NCBI GenBank assembly: GCA_028534125.1 | Contig: CM052849.1 | Span: forward strand, 18,972,001-19,036,000 | Length of the DNA stretch: 64,000 nucleotides | Reading direction: 5' to 3' | From: Lama glama | Taxonomy: Eukaryota | Shown here: piece by piece, positions 1-11,594 of the stretch | Layout of the letters: each line of letters opens with the position of its first letter | Numbering within the stretch: the stretch's first letter is position 1 | Made by a program: the position numbers and the translations under genes | The notes under the pieces: model-generated | The model's input: only the letters and a program-made list of their open reading frames with translations | Told to the model about the DNA's origin: nothing | Database searches by the model: none

Positions 1-328
1 GCACCGTGGGTGGAAGTTTCCACCCCACCCCACACACACTTCTATCCACTACGTGTTAACGTTGCACAGCTTGGAAATGGCCACCTTTGATAGCCCTCCC
101 TCCACGTCTGGGCTGAGAACTTCGGTGCAGCCGAACAGCTGGCAGAAGATTTGATGATGTCAAGGCGGGTCCTCCATACGTCATGTCCTCAGTGTCGCAG
201 CCCTGCTGTGACTTTCAAGCAGGGACGATTCCCTACTGGAATTAGGAAAGCCTGTGGATCCAGCTCCCCTGGATCGGGAACTGAACAGGGGGCACAGGAC
301 CACGAGCTTCAGGGCTCAGCTTTGACTT

Positions 329-686
329 TGTCCTAGTCTGTTTGGGCTGCTGGAACAGAATGCCGTACGGATTGGGGACTTCCACCCCAGGCATGTCCTT
401 CGCACGATCCGGAGGCTGGGAGTCTAAGATCTAGGCGCCTGCAGGTTGTGTGCCTGGTGAGGACCCTCCACCTGGGTCGTGGGTGGCTGTCTTCTCTGTG
501 TCCTCACCTGGTGGGAGGGACAAGGGAGCTCTCTGGGGTCTTTCTTACAAGGGCAGTAATCCATTTGTGAGGGCCCCACCCTCATGATTAATCACCTCCC
601 AAAGGCCCACCTCAAATGCGATCACTTTGAGGGTTGGGTTTCAACCTGTGAATTTTAGGTGGGGCAGAGACGTGCAGTCCATAGCA
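329..686 (-). mobile_element. MaLR solo LTR, MLT1A-like
   Basis: TG...CA ends; motifs ggaggctgggagtctaagatc, ccccaccctcatga, cacctcccaaaggccc, tccatagca. Confidence 0.85.
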
Positions 687-851
687 GCCTTGATTCATAT
701 AAGAGCAGACATGCCAAGCTCTCTTGAAAATGTGACCTTCAAGACAATTTTTCTTGCCTGGCATCTTTTAGTTATAAAATGGCACCTCATGGTGTGACCA
801 TTCCTGAGGTTCATGTAGCCAGAAGTCTGGGATGTACACAAGGGCAGGCCC

Positions 852-1266
852 TGTGTAGGCTTCTGAGGGCTGCTGTCACAAATCGGCCTCAACGTGGTGG
901 CGCAAATGCAGGAGAGACCTGCGTTCCCTCACGATTCTGGAGGCTGAGAGCCTGTAATCCAGTTTCGGCAGGGTTGATTTCCGCTGGAGGCTCTAGGAGA
1001 GAATCCGTGCTTTGCCTCTTCCGGCTGCTGGAGGCTCCGGGTGTTCCTTGGCTTGTGGCCACATCCCTCCCGTCTCTGCCTCCATCTTCACATGACTTCT
1101 GTGTGACTCGCTGATGGATTTAGGGCCCACCTGCATAAGCCCACATGACCTCATCTTTTCATCCTTAACTTAATTACATCTGCAAAGACTCTTCTTCCAA
1201 ATAAGGTCATAGTCACAGTTTCTGGGATGTGGACCTATCTTTTGGGGGTTCCCGTTCAACCCAGCA
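852..1266 (-). mobile_element. MaLR solo LTR, MLT1C-like
   Basis: Motifs ggaggctctaggagagaatccg, ttccttggcttgtggcc, cttaattacatctgcaaagac, ccaaataaggtca. Confidence 0.85.
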
Positions 1267-1388
1267 GAGATCATGTCATCTTGATAACTGCTGTGAGGCA
1301 ATTAATAACAACCTGTTTGAGTTGACATCTCAGATCTGTCATGTGACTTCTTTGCACTGATGGACCATTCTGCCATTAAAGTCTAGAT

Positions 1389-1584
1389 CAATGGTTCTGA
1401 GACCTGAATGAGCATCATTATATCCTGAGGGGCTTAACCTCCTCAACGAGAAAACATAGGTCACTGGGATCTGCCCCTTTTCTGATCTGGCAAGTCTAGG
1501 GTGGGACCTGGGAATTCGCATTTTTAAGATGTTCTTGGTGAAGCTGATGCTGTTGGTCCAGGAACCCGACTTCAAGAATCACTG
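1389..1584. mobile_element. hAT-Charlie MITE, MER5A-like
   Basis: caatggttct...gggtgggacctgggaattcgcattttt...gctgatgctgttggtcc...agaatcactg. Confidence 0.75.
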
Positions 1585-1594
1585 CCCTAGCCAT

Positions 1595-2302
1595 TAGGGA
1601 AAACAGGATGGAGGTTCCTTTAAAAACTAAAAAACAGACTTACCATATGATCCAACAACCCCACTCCTGGGCATATATCCCAGAGGAAGCTCTAATTCAA
1701 AAANNNNNNNNNNNNNNNNNNNNNNNNNNNNNNNNNNNNNNNNNNNNNNNNNNNNNNNNNNNNNNNNNNNNNNNNNNNNNNNNNNNNNNNNNNNNNNNNN
1801 NNNNNNNNNNNNNNNNNNNNNNNNNNNNNNNNNNNNNNNNNNNNNNNNNNNNNNNNNNNNNNNNNNNNNNNNNNNNNNNNNNNNNNNNNNNNNNNNNNNN
1901 NNNNNNNNNNNNNNNNNNNNNNNNNNNNNNNNNNNNNNNNNNNCTTATATGTGGAATATTAAAAAAAAGACACAAAAATGAACTCATTTATAAAATAAAC
2001 ACAGAGTCATAGACATAGAAAACAAATTTATGGTTACCAGGGGGAACAGAGGGGAGGGATAAATTAGGAGTTTGGGATTAGCAGGTACACATTACTAGGT
2101 ATAAGACAGATAAACAGCAGCGTCATACTGTGCAGCACAGGGGGCTGTATTCTGTATCTTGTAAGAGCCATTATAAAAGGAAATGAAAGGCAATATATGT
2201 ATGTTCATGTGTGACTGAAACATGATGCTGTGCACCAGAAATAGGCACCACGTTGTAAACTGACTACACTTCAATATAAAAGAAACAAAGTGAAAAAGAA
2301 AA
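1595..2302 (+). mobile_element. LINE-1 3' fragment (ORF2 end + 3'UTR + A-rich tail); contains N-gap 1704-1943
   Basis: ccatatgatcca..cccactcctgggcatatatcc, tatggttacca, gggataaattaggagtttgggattagcag, A-rich end. Confidence 0.9.
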
Positions 2303-3292
2303 ACCTGCCTCATAGGTTTTCTCATGGAGGAAATCCCCCAGCATTCAGGGCCCAGAGTTTGCTGTGGGTCTCTGACCCTGGATACACCTCCAGGTCCCTA
2401 AACCATTGCTTAGAAGCTTCACTGCCTCCAGCACACACGGATGCTCTGGAAAAACATCCCAGCAGGGACACCGCCCGTGCACGAGGACCACCCACCGGCT
2501 TCAGTGGAGACGCGACGTCCTTTACAGCAAAGCAGAGCAAGGCGCCTTAAACCCAAACCCATTTCCTGACGTACGAGCGCAGTGACAGCAGAGGTAATAT
2601 TTTGATACTTGTTGGAGTAATTAGAAGGCCCCAGGAGAATGCTCAGTGAAGTGGAGGGAGCGCTGACATGCCTGGGGGGGAAATTACAGTATAGCCTGGC
2701 TGTGACTCTCCCTGCAGCCCCTTATTTTTGCCGTGAATTCCGGATTTATGACTGCATCTCTCCTTTGAGCCGCGGCCTGTCGAAAACTTCACAGTAGCAA
2801 GCTGCGCAAATTGGTGAGAAGTAAGAAATCTCTGAAAAATAAACCCACTCCTTTCTTAAAACATAGCAGCCTGCTGCAAAACTCCAGGAATCGCCCGTGT
2901 CTGGGTTTTCTGTTTGTGAGTGGTTGTCAGACCACGTCCTCTGTGGAGTCCTCGTCCGCTCCGGACGATGGGCCGCCCAGCAACTTCTCCATGAGGGGGC
3001 AGGAGCGCAGCAGGGAGGTCATATGGAAAGGAGCAGGGGGCGGGGAGGTGAGAATATGATGGGAGTTCTGCAGAGCAGCCCCAGGAAGAGCAGGGCAGGG
3101 TTTCAGCCCCATGAGCCCCATTTCCAGAATTCAGCGCACAGCCAGCAGGTGGAGAAAGCAGGTAACACCACCAGAAGACCAGGGGTGGCGGGGTACAATC
3201 GCAACAGCCCCCTGCCCACCCCTCATCCTTCTGGGAGGCCAGGAAGTTAATTGCAATTTTTCTTTTTCTCTGATAAAACTGACTCGGGCTTA

Positions 3293-3590
3293 GACACAAA
3301 AAGCCACACAGTGTATTTACTTCCATTTGATTTAGACATAATCTCATTTATACCATACGTCCCGAATAGAGAAACCTGCAGAAGCAGCAAGTAGATTAGA
3401 GGTTGCAGGGGCCAGGGAGAGATGCTGGGAGGAACCTGCTGACGGACACAGGGTCCTTTCTGGGGGTGATGGAATGTTCAGGAGTGACAGAGTGGTGACG
3501 GTTGCACAGCTCTGTGAACATATGAGCGCACCCTGACTACACTCTAATGCAGTGAGTTACACGGTATGTAAATTATATCTCAATTTCTAA
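3293..3590 (+). mobile_element. Old LINE-1 3'UTR fragment (L1MB-like)
   Basis: agtagattagaggttgc, ggggtgatggaatgttc, gtggtgacggttgcacagctctgtgaa, gtaaattatatctcaat. Confidence 0.75.
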
Positions 3591-4757
3591 AAGCTTGAGA
3601 CCATACTGAAGACCTCTTTCTGCAGGAGGGGGCAACATGCAGAGAGAAAGAAGGCAGAGTGCTGTCAAATCCCATCTCTTTTTTGTTTGTTTTTACATTT
3701 TTGCAGCTTTTTCAGATGTTTAGCTTAAAACCTGCATTTGCCACGTGCCGAATGTGTGCAGGGTACACCCAGCAGGAGCGCAGTCACAGGGGTCGTGCAC
3801 GTGGCCTCGCTGAAGCTTCCCAGCTCTCCCATGGGATGTGGGTTCTGCTCGGCCCATTCCACAGATGAGGAAACTGAGGCACAGCCTGCCTGGGGGCCCA
3901 GAGCTGGCACATGAGCCTGTTGGGATCAATCCGGAGATGTAGCAGGCCCTTTTCCCTGCTCACTTCCACATCTTCCAAGTGACTCAAGAACCTGCAAGGA
4001 ATTTCTGCCCTCCCGGTGACTTTCCCTCTATAACTTTATTCTGGGCAATAAATCAAGCCACCTTCTGGACCATGGGATGTGAGTTAGCAACCAAGCACCT
4101 GCCTCCGTCTTGGCAGGCAGCAAAGGGCAAACTCACCTTTCCAGTGGGTCTCTGATAAGCCCTGCACTCTTCCCTGAGTTACCTGTGACTGGCAGAGGGC
4201 CACCAGGAAAGACTCTCCGTGGATGAATTTGCTTGGAACCAAAACAGCAGAGTCGAATATCTGTGCCCACGAGATATGGATTCCACCTTCGTGAGACTGG
4301 GTGCCATCCCTGAAAATTTCTGGAAAGGATGGTAGAATTCATCTGGCAGCCCAGAGGGAGCAGTCATGGAGACAGCCTCCCCGCTCAAAACGTGTGCGAC
4401 GCAGAATGAAAACAAGCCGGCAGAAAGAGGCTTAATGATTCTGGGAGACTTTAACAAGAGAGAAAGGACGGAGGGAAGAACATTGCTCACGTGGCTTGCA
4501 GCTGCCTCCAGCCTGGAAGAACATTTTCTGTCTACATCATAACATCATGTAGGAAAAAACCTCCTGTCTGATCTGATGTTGATGGTGCCTGTGAAATACA
4601 TTTGTGTTAGAGGGGGAAAAAAAAACACACAGAATTTGCTAAAAGTCTCTATCACACTTTAACTCTTGAGATCTTAGTAGCCTGTAACCCAGTGTTTCCC
4701 AGCCTTACCTGCACCATCCGATCACTTTGGGGAGCTTTATAAAAAATATTGTGCCTT

Positions 4758-4990
4758 GGGAGGGATAAGTTAGGAGTTCAGCATTAGCAGACACACACCA
4801 CTATACATAAAATAGGTAAACAACAAGGTCCTACTGTAGAGCACAGGGAACTGTATATATTCAATATTTTGTAATAACCTATAATGAAAATGAATATGAA
4901 AAAGAATATATATGTATAAATGAATCACTGTGACGTACACCAGAAATTAATACAACATTGAAAATCGACTACAATGAAAAAAAGAAAGAA
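4758..4990 (+). mobile_element. LINE-1 3' tail
   Basis: gggagggataagttaggagttc...caacaaggtcctactgtagagcacagggaact...A-rich tail. Confidence 0.85.
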
Positions 4991-5224
4991 TTTGGAGAGA
5001 CACACAAGCTCTAAACACATGCCTTTCGTTATGAATTCCAGATTTACGACTACATCTCTCCTTTGAGCCACGGTCTGTTGAAAACTTCACAGTGGCAAGC
5101 TGCACAAATTGGTAACAAAGTAGGAAATCTCTGGAAATCACTTTCGCTTTGAGTTAGAGTTGTTTTCTCCAGCAAAATTAGTTTCCTGCTGATGGTGTGC
5201 TGACATTTAACTTAGTCAGTTAGT

Positions 5225-5640
5225 GTATCAGTTAGCCACTGCTGTGTAACAAACCATTCCCCCAAAATAACTTCAGAGGCCTAGAACAACATTCATTTGT
5301 TGTTTTTTTCTATTGTGAAGTCTGTCTGGATGGGTCCTGCCACTAATCTTGCTGCTGGTCTTGGATGGCCTCCCTCAGACATCTGATGGGCAGGTGCACC
5401 CTGCAGAGTAAATCTCTCAGCAAGCCAGTCTAGGGGATGTCTTCTGAAGGCAATGGTAGAGCAAAGGCATCCAAGGCATCTCAAGGCTGAAGTTTGGAAC
5501 TGGCCTGCCATCCCCTCCATCTTGTTCTGTTCGAGTAACTGTGGCTGAGCTCAGTGATGAGGAATAGGAAAGGACCCACTCACCGCTCACTCACTGGAGA
5601 GGCACTGCCAACCACACATCAGGGCTGCAGAAAGGGGTAC
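5225..5640 (-). mobile_element. Old MaLR LTR (MLT1 family)
   Basis: Starts tgtatcagttagccactgctgtgtaacaaacca; interior decayed. Confidence 0.55.
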
Positions 5641-6774
5641 AGGTGAGGAGCGCCTTCCTGCTGAGTGACAGGGAGAAGGCTTCCTAAATGCAAGTTGGTC
5701 TCGGTCACTCTGTGATGGAGGTTGATGTGACTGCATGTTCTTCACAGCAGAGAGGAGAGTGACGGTGTACCGAGACCACGGCGCTCTCTTGCTAGGTCTG
5801 CAGGCTTCTCCTCCGTCCTACCAGCACAAGTCTCCCAGGGCGTCGGGGTAGTTTCCTCTCAGAGTTGTCACAGTTTGCAAACTCCGCTGAAACCCAAACA
5901 GGTGAAGCACCCCCGTCAGAGAAAAGTAGGTCAGCGCCTCATTTCCTGCACAGCCCGCACACAGCACCACATGCAGATAGACGCTTAATGAGTGCTCATT
6001 CGGGGTGATTACGCCTGCATTTCCATCTGCAATTTAGCCATCAGCTGTTTATTGAAGAACACTGATTGTGTTTTTTTTTCTTTTAATCTCTAAGCTCTTA
6101 TGGTCCTTAAGGAAAGATAAATCGTGAGGCAAACTAGCAAAGGCTCACCTCTGCCTCTTTTGACTTCAGGAGGCCAGCAAGGCGGACAGGTGCCCCGCTT
6201 TCAGGGCAGACCTCCTGCCCCGTGTGTTGGCCCAGAGAGGCCCCAGAATTTGGCTGGCAGGTGTCTTAACCCACGACTCTCCTTTTATCCCAGGGGTAGG
6301 GACGAGTGTTCAGTTTCCTCTCATCTTCTGCTTCCGATTCAGCCTGGAAAGTTCTCACCCGTTCTGTTCTTCGCGATGACCTGGGTACCATCTTAGAGCT
6401 GGCCCGAGGGCGATGGAACAGTGCCCCAGCCGTCGAGCACTCCAGTACAGCCTCCGTCTCGAAGTGACAGCATCAGGCAGAGGCCAGGGAGCCCCCTCAC
6501 TTCTGCGCTCACCCTCTGGGCTCGGGGTGGGTCCGATGGCCCCACTCACTGAATCACCCTTACCCCGCGCTCCAGCCTTGAGTTGTGAGACCTCACGATG
6601 GCGGCTGTGGTGGCCGGAGGTGGCCATGTTGGAGATACTGCCTTCTCTTCTCTCCTGCTTTTTTGCGTGCTTGGGAGTTTTCACAATAACAAGCTGAGAG
6701 AGAGATGGCACACACGCTGGCCTGTGACAGTGTCGTTTGAATAAGTCCCAATCATTTCAGTGTCGAAGTTTAGG

Positions 6775-7355
6775 GGACATGGTGTATTGGTTAAGAGTGA
6801 GACTGGGAAACCGTGGCCCACAGGCCACATCTGGCCTGCCTCCTGTTTGTGTATGGCTCCTGCGCTCAGAACAGCTTTTGCAGTTCCAAACGACTGAAAA
6901 CCATTTTGAAAGAAGGTGATGTTTTGCATCAAGTTAGAATTATATGAAATTCAGATTTCAGTGCCTATAAGGAAGGTTTTGTCGGAACCCAGCCATGCCC
7001 GTTTGTTATATATTGGTGACGGCCGCCCTCGCAGTCTGATGGCAGAGTTGAGCAGTTGCAGCAGAGGCCGCAGGTCCTGAGAAATCTGAAATATTAACTA
7101 TCTGGCCCTTTGCGGGAAACGTCTGCCGACCCCTGGCTATCAGCATAAACTCGGAAACCAGACTTGCCGGGATGAGCCCCAGCTCAGCTACCCGCTTGCG
7201 CTGTGACCTTGAACCCTGCTGTGCCTCAGTATTCCTTTCTATACAGTGGGAACAATGGTGCCAGTATAGTCGTATCCTTCTTGTATGAATATTGTGCAGA
7301 TGAAAAGAACTAATATATTTTAAGGGCTGACAATAGCACCTCACCCATAAAAATC
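6775..7355 (+). mobile_element. MIR SINE, split by the MER58-like element
   Basis: catggtgtattggttaagag before the insertion; gctgtgaccttg..tgtgcctcagtattcc after it. Confidence 0.65.
6800..7135. mobile_element. hAT-Charlie MITE, MER58B-like, inserted in a MIR
   Basis: tggcccacaggccacatctggcctgcctcctgtttgtgta, ggcagagttgagcagttgcagcagag, tatctggccctttgcgggaaacgtctgccgacccctg. Confidence 0.85.
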
Positions 7356-8107
7356 ATTCTTTCAGGGACGTGAAAAATTCTGCCAAGAAAACCCTTGATG
7401 GGAAAACGTCTGAACCAAATCTCCTATTTAATCTCCCCTCCCTCCGCGAACCCCCAAAATTCGCAGACAGTAGAAGCCAGCCTATTTGATCCATTTCTGC
7501 TTCTGTAATAACTCTGTTTGGAACTTCCTTACCCAGTCTGGATTTCTTCTCTGTGTTTCTTAAGCTGAAATAGACTTTAATCAGCACCTAAGCTTGTACC
7601 AGAAATCTGAAATGGTTAACAACCTTCTATCAGATGCCAGGGATGTGGAAGGAGGTGCTAGCATCCCAGCCCAAAGCAAAACCAACCCATCCGTGCACTC
7701 GGAAAATGGGAAGGGCTCGCCGTCTGCTAAGGCTCTGGACCCGGTGAATGCAGACACGGAGCCTTTCCTGGGGTGCCCCCACCCCAAGATCCAAATGAGA
7801 GAAAAACCTCTCTTCTCTGAAGTCCTCATTAGAGCTGCATTTGGGGAGCCCCCAGGCACCCCGTGGGGTAAGATTTGTCAGCCTGATCAAGGGTAGGGAC
7901 CTGAACAGAGCATCCTCCATCCCATATGGTGCCAGGCTGGCAGGAGCGGGGCAAGGTGCTCCCATGGGAGAAAATGTGAAGACCATTTGTTCAAACCGCT
8001 TGGGCAAGACTGACTCCAACACGCGCACCTTCCTTCAGCCCATAATTCCCCAGAAAGGACTCAGCTCTTTGGAAAGGCTCAGAGGGGTGGAGTGAGACCT
8101 GTGGTAT

Positions 8108-8200
8108 CACTGTTCCCAGCTCCTAGTGGCGGCGACGGTGTTGTGCTGGGCAAATAGTAGGTGTTTAATAAATGTTAAGCTGAATGCCTGAACGAATGGG
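8108..8200 (+). mobile_element. LINE-2 3' end fragment
   Basis: tgctgggcaaatagtaggtgtttaataaatgtt...gaatg. Confidence 0.6.
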
Positions 8201-10596
8201 TGAGTGCAAATTGCTAACAGAGTACAGGCTTGTGTTTGGTCCATTCTGCCTTTCTGGCTTTCCGGGTGCTTAAATTGATCATCGCTGGGGTGAGAGAAAG
8301 CTTCTATCATAGTAACAGTGGTTAAAATAATAATAACATTAGCAGCTCACTCAGGGCTCCCCAGGAGCCAGCTGGGGCTCCTGCACTGGCTGACAGTAAG
8401 TCAGAAGGTCCTCCTGGCGACCCTACTGACCGGTGTCAGCTGGAGAAAACGAGGAGGGTTTCGAAGGGGATTCACAGTTGCACAGTTAGGAGTGGGGCCA
8501 GGGTGTCAGCTCGGCTGTCTGGCTTTACAGCCACCTGTCTCAAGCTCCCTTCGGCACCAACGCTGTCAGAAGAGCCGGCACCATGTCCAGAGCACTCCCG
8601 AGTCCCAGGCCGGTGCTCGGTGCTTTCCCAGCCTCACCCGCCGGAATCTCCCCTCACCTGAAGCAACCCCCATTGTGCACTTTATAGATGAGGAAGCTGA
8701 GGCTTGGGAATATGCGAGGTGGCAAGGCACGAGTCTCACCAGCCCGCTACTGGATTCTGGAACCAGCATCCTCATCCTGCCTCCTCCACCAGGGACGTTC
8801 CAAACCTTCAGTGTGGCGTGTGAGTCTGGATGGTGATTCCAGGACGGCACTGAACTGCGTCGCTGTACCCCAGAGAGAGGGGAGGAGGACTTGGAGATCT
8901 GAGCCCTTAGGACTCTCTGCTCCACCTGCCAGAGACCCCGTTTCCTCGTGGGCAAAGGGATGTGAGATCACATGAGCCCTCGCAGGGTTGCTGCAAAACC
9001 CCAGCAGCAGGAGGGTTCGCGCCGGACCCTTCTGCTTCTTTAAGATCAAGCCCTACTTCTCTCAAAGCCCCGGCTTCGAGGTTAGGAGCCCGCAAGGTCC
9101 CCTTCCTTCCAGGAGCTCCCCTTGATCCTGCAGACTGAGCCACCCGGGGTGGGGGGGCTGAGTTTCCCACAGTGGCCACCTTCCATGTCCTGAGGACGGG
9201 GTTCCATATTCCCTGGGAGTGCGTATGTCTCCTTCATCCCCCAGAACCTAGCAGGGGACAGGAGCTTAGCGCCTACCAGGATATGTGATGGAATGGGGGG
9301 CGGAGCCAAGGGTAAAGGATGTTTGCCCAAGATGGGGAACAGCGGCTACGGTGGTCAACAAGCCATCTGTGCATCGAGGGAGCTCCAGGAAAGTCTCCCC
9401 ACCCAGGATACTCGCTGCAGACTCAACCACACGGGTGTCCCTGCTCCATCACTTAACAGCCGAGTCAGTGTCGGCAGGTTCTCACTATCCCTGTTGGTAA
9501 AATGCACTTGCTGCGAAGTTTGGGATGAAGCCTCAGGGCCTGGATCAGAGGAAGCCTTCTGGAGGTGTTTGTTAAATGCATTTCTGTACATCGAGCCAAT
9601 GGCCTACCGGAATCAGGAGAACTCGGTCTCAGGGCCCTGCGTGAAATGTGTGGGAATTGCACCAGCCGGTTTTGCAACATAGCCATCCTGAAAAGTGACT
9701 TATATCCAAGGACAGGGAAAGGAAGTGAACATTTGATATGAAACAACTCAGAAGTCTTCACATGTTAAGAATAATTCACGTCTGATAGAGATTACAATCT
9801 CCACTCAACACTGGGAAAAAAAGCTCACAAATATTTAAACCTCATACCTCCTTTTGATTATTACTGTAGGTTACGGCCATCTACAGCCTTGAGGTTATTT
9901 GCACCTCTTGTATCCAGATGTTGGCGATACCACCTCGGAGGCTTCTCAAGGGTCTTCCCAGCTCTGTTCAGAGTCTTCACACTGGCAGTTTGAACTCTGC
10001 TCTGCTGGGAACATTTCCACCACGAAAATGAGCAAATTCTGCCTTGGTCTCCTCCCCCGCCTCCCACCCCCTTTCAGAGAGCGGGTGGTTCAGTATTACC
10101 GGCACACGGCCGGGCCAAATGACTGCCTGGTCTCCAGCCGTCCCCTTTAAAATGCAGAGGCCCGGAGGGAGTGACGTTTTAAGCGGCTTTGACCCTTCAC
10201 GTCTCAGCGTGAGAGGTTCGACCAGATCACGGGAGCTGGCCGAGGTCCTGAACTCGGGAGGGGGCGGAGGGGGGTGCGCAGCTCCAGGGAAGAGCTTCCG
10301 CAGGAGGTGGTAGGTGGCAAATGGATACTGCAGGTTTCCCAAGAGCACGCTGCCCCCCCCCCCAGGCCACTGCAGTGTCCCCGACCTCCCACTGGTCCTG
10401 CGTGCTGACCCCTTCTGCCCAGACGTCTGCCGGCCCGGAACCCCTTACTTCTCCTGGCCATCGCTCTTCCTCTCTGGGACGGAATGGCACCTCTCAAATA
10501 TGAAGAGGGCTATGAGATAGGAAATAAAACAGCCCTTGGAAGAGAATTCGGTTCAATTAAAGAAAACCTTTTTTTTTCCCATCTCTGCCATATTAA

Positions 10597-10725
10597 AAAA
10601 ATTTTTTGTTTAATTGAACTATAGTTGATTTACAATGCTGTGTTGGTTTCTGGTGTACAGCATAGTGACTCAGTTATACATATATATATATATTTTTTCA
10701 TAGTCTTTTTCATTACAGGTTACTA
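10597..10725 (-). mobile_element. LINE-1 3' tail (antisense)
   Basis: ttaattgaactatagttgatttacaatgctgtgttggtttctggtgtacagcatagtgactcagttata. Confidence 0.85.
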
Positions 10726-10900
10726 AAAAAATGACCCAAGACAGCCTTTTTTAGTAGCTAGAGGTGAACTCCCCAGAAACAGGCTTTCTCCTAAAACTAA
10801 CTTCTTTAAAGAGTTGGAGCAGAGCCTCTCGGCCACCCAGAGAGGACAGGGATCTGGGCTTTGGGTTGGCATTGTACTGAGGTCACCTTCTCACTCTAAG

Positions 10901-11594
10901 ATGGTGGTTCTCAGCTTGGGACACGGGGCGATTTGTCCTCAAGGGAATTTTGAAATGTCTTAAGACTTGTCAAAGGAAAAAAATGCACAGTCTTATAGTT
11001 GAGAGTGATATATTCCGCAGACTTTGTGAGGAATTAAGATCGCTCTGAGGGACCGCTCCAGAGCGGCAGGGGAGGGGCCAGGATATATAGGAGCTTTTGC
11101 AACAAAGACCAGGTAGTTGAACATTGAAAGATGACTGTTAATTAAAGAAATCCAGGTATCTCAAGTTAGGGAATTGAGCACTTGTCTGTGTATGGGAAGA
11201 TACAAAAGTCTGGACTTATTGAAATCATTCCTTTGATGTGCATCTAACTCTGCAGGGCCAGCGTCCCATGCTTTCCCATCCCGTGTCCCCTCGGGGGCAC
11301 CGCCGAGGGTGGCAGCAGAGGGCGGGCTGCCTGCTGGTCTCCATCCGGACTCCCCTTCCACTCACCATGGGGGGGTGGCAGTAGTGGCCTGTGGTGTGTT
11401 GGCCGCAGCGTCCTTTGCTTACTGCTGTGGCAGGCAGCACTGGTCACTCACAGACATTTCTTGCTGTCACAGTGCTACTGGCTTCAGTGGATGGAGGCTG
11501 GGGAAGCCACCAAAGTGTCCCAACGCGCGGGAGACCCTCCTAACAAAGACGGACCCGCCCCCGAGTGTCGGTAGTGCCGAGCTTGAGAAACTTG
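10901..11594. mobile_element. MER20 hAT element, split by an LTR
   Basis: gtggttctca..ggggcgattt..aatgtct | gacatttcttgctgtcaca..tgctactggc..gtagtgccgagcttgagaaac. Confidence 0.75.
10968..11452. mobile_element. ERV1-class solo LTR, MER41-like (cetartiodactyl type)
   Basis: TG..CA ends; near-matching 4-bp target-site duplication gact (10964-10967) / gaca (11453-11456). Motifs ccaggatatataggag and attgaaatcattcctttgat recalled from bovine MER41-like LTRs. Confidence 0.75.
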
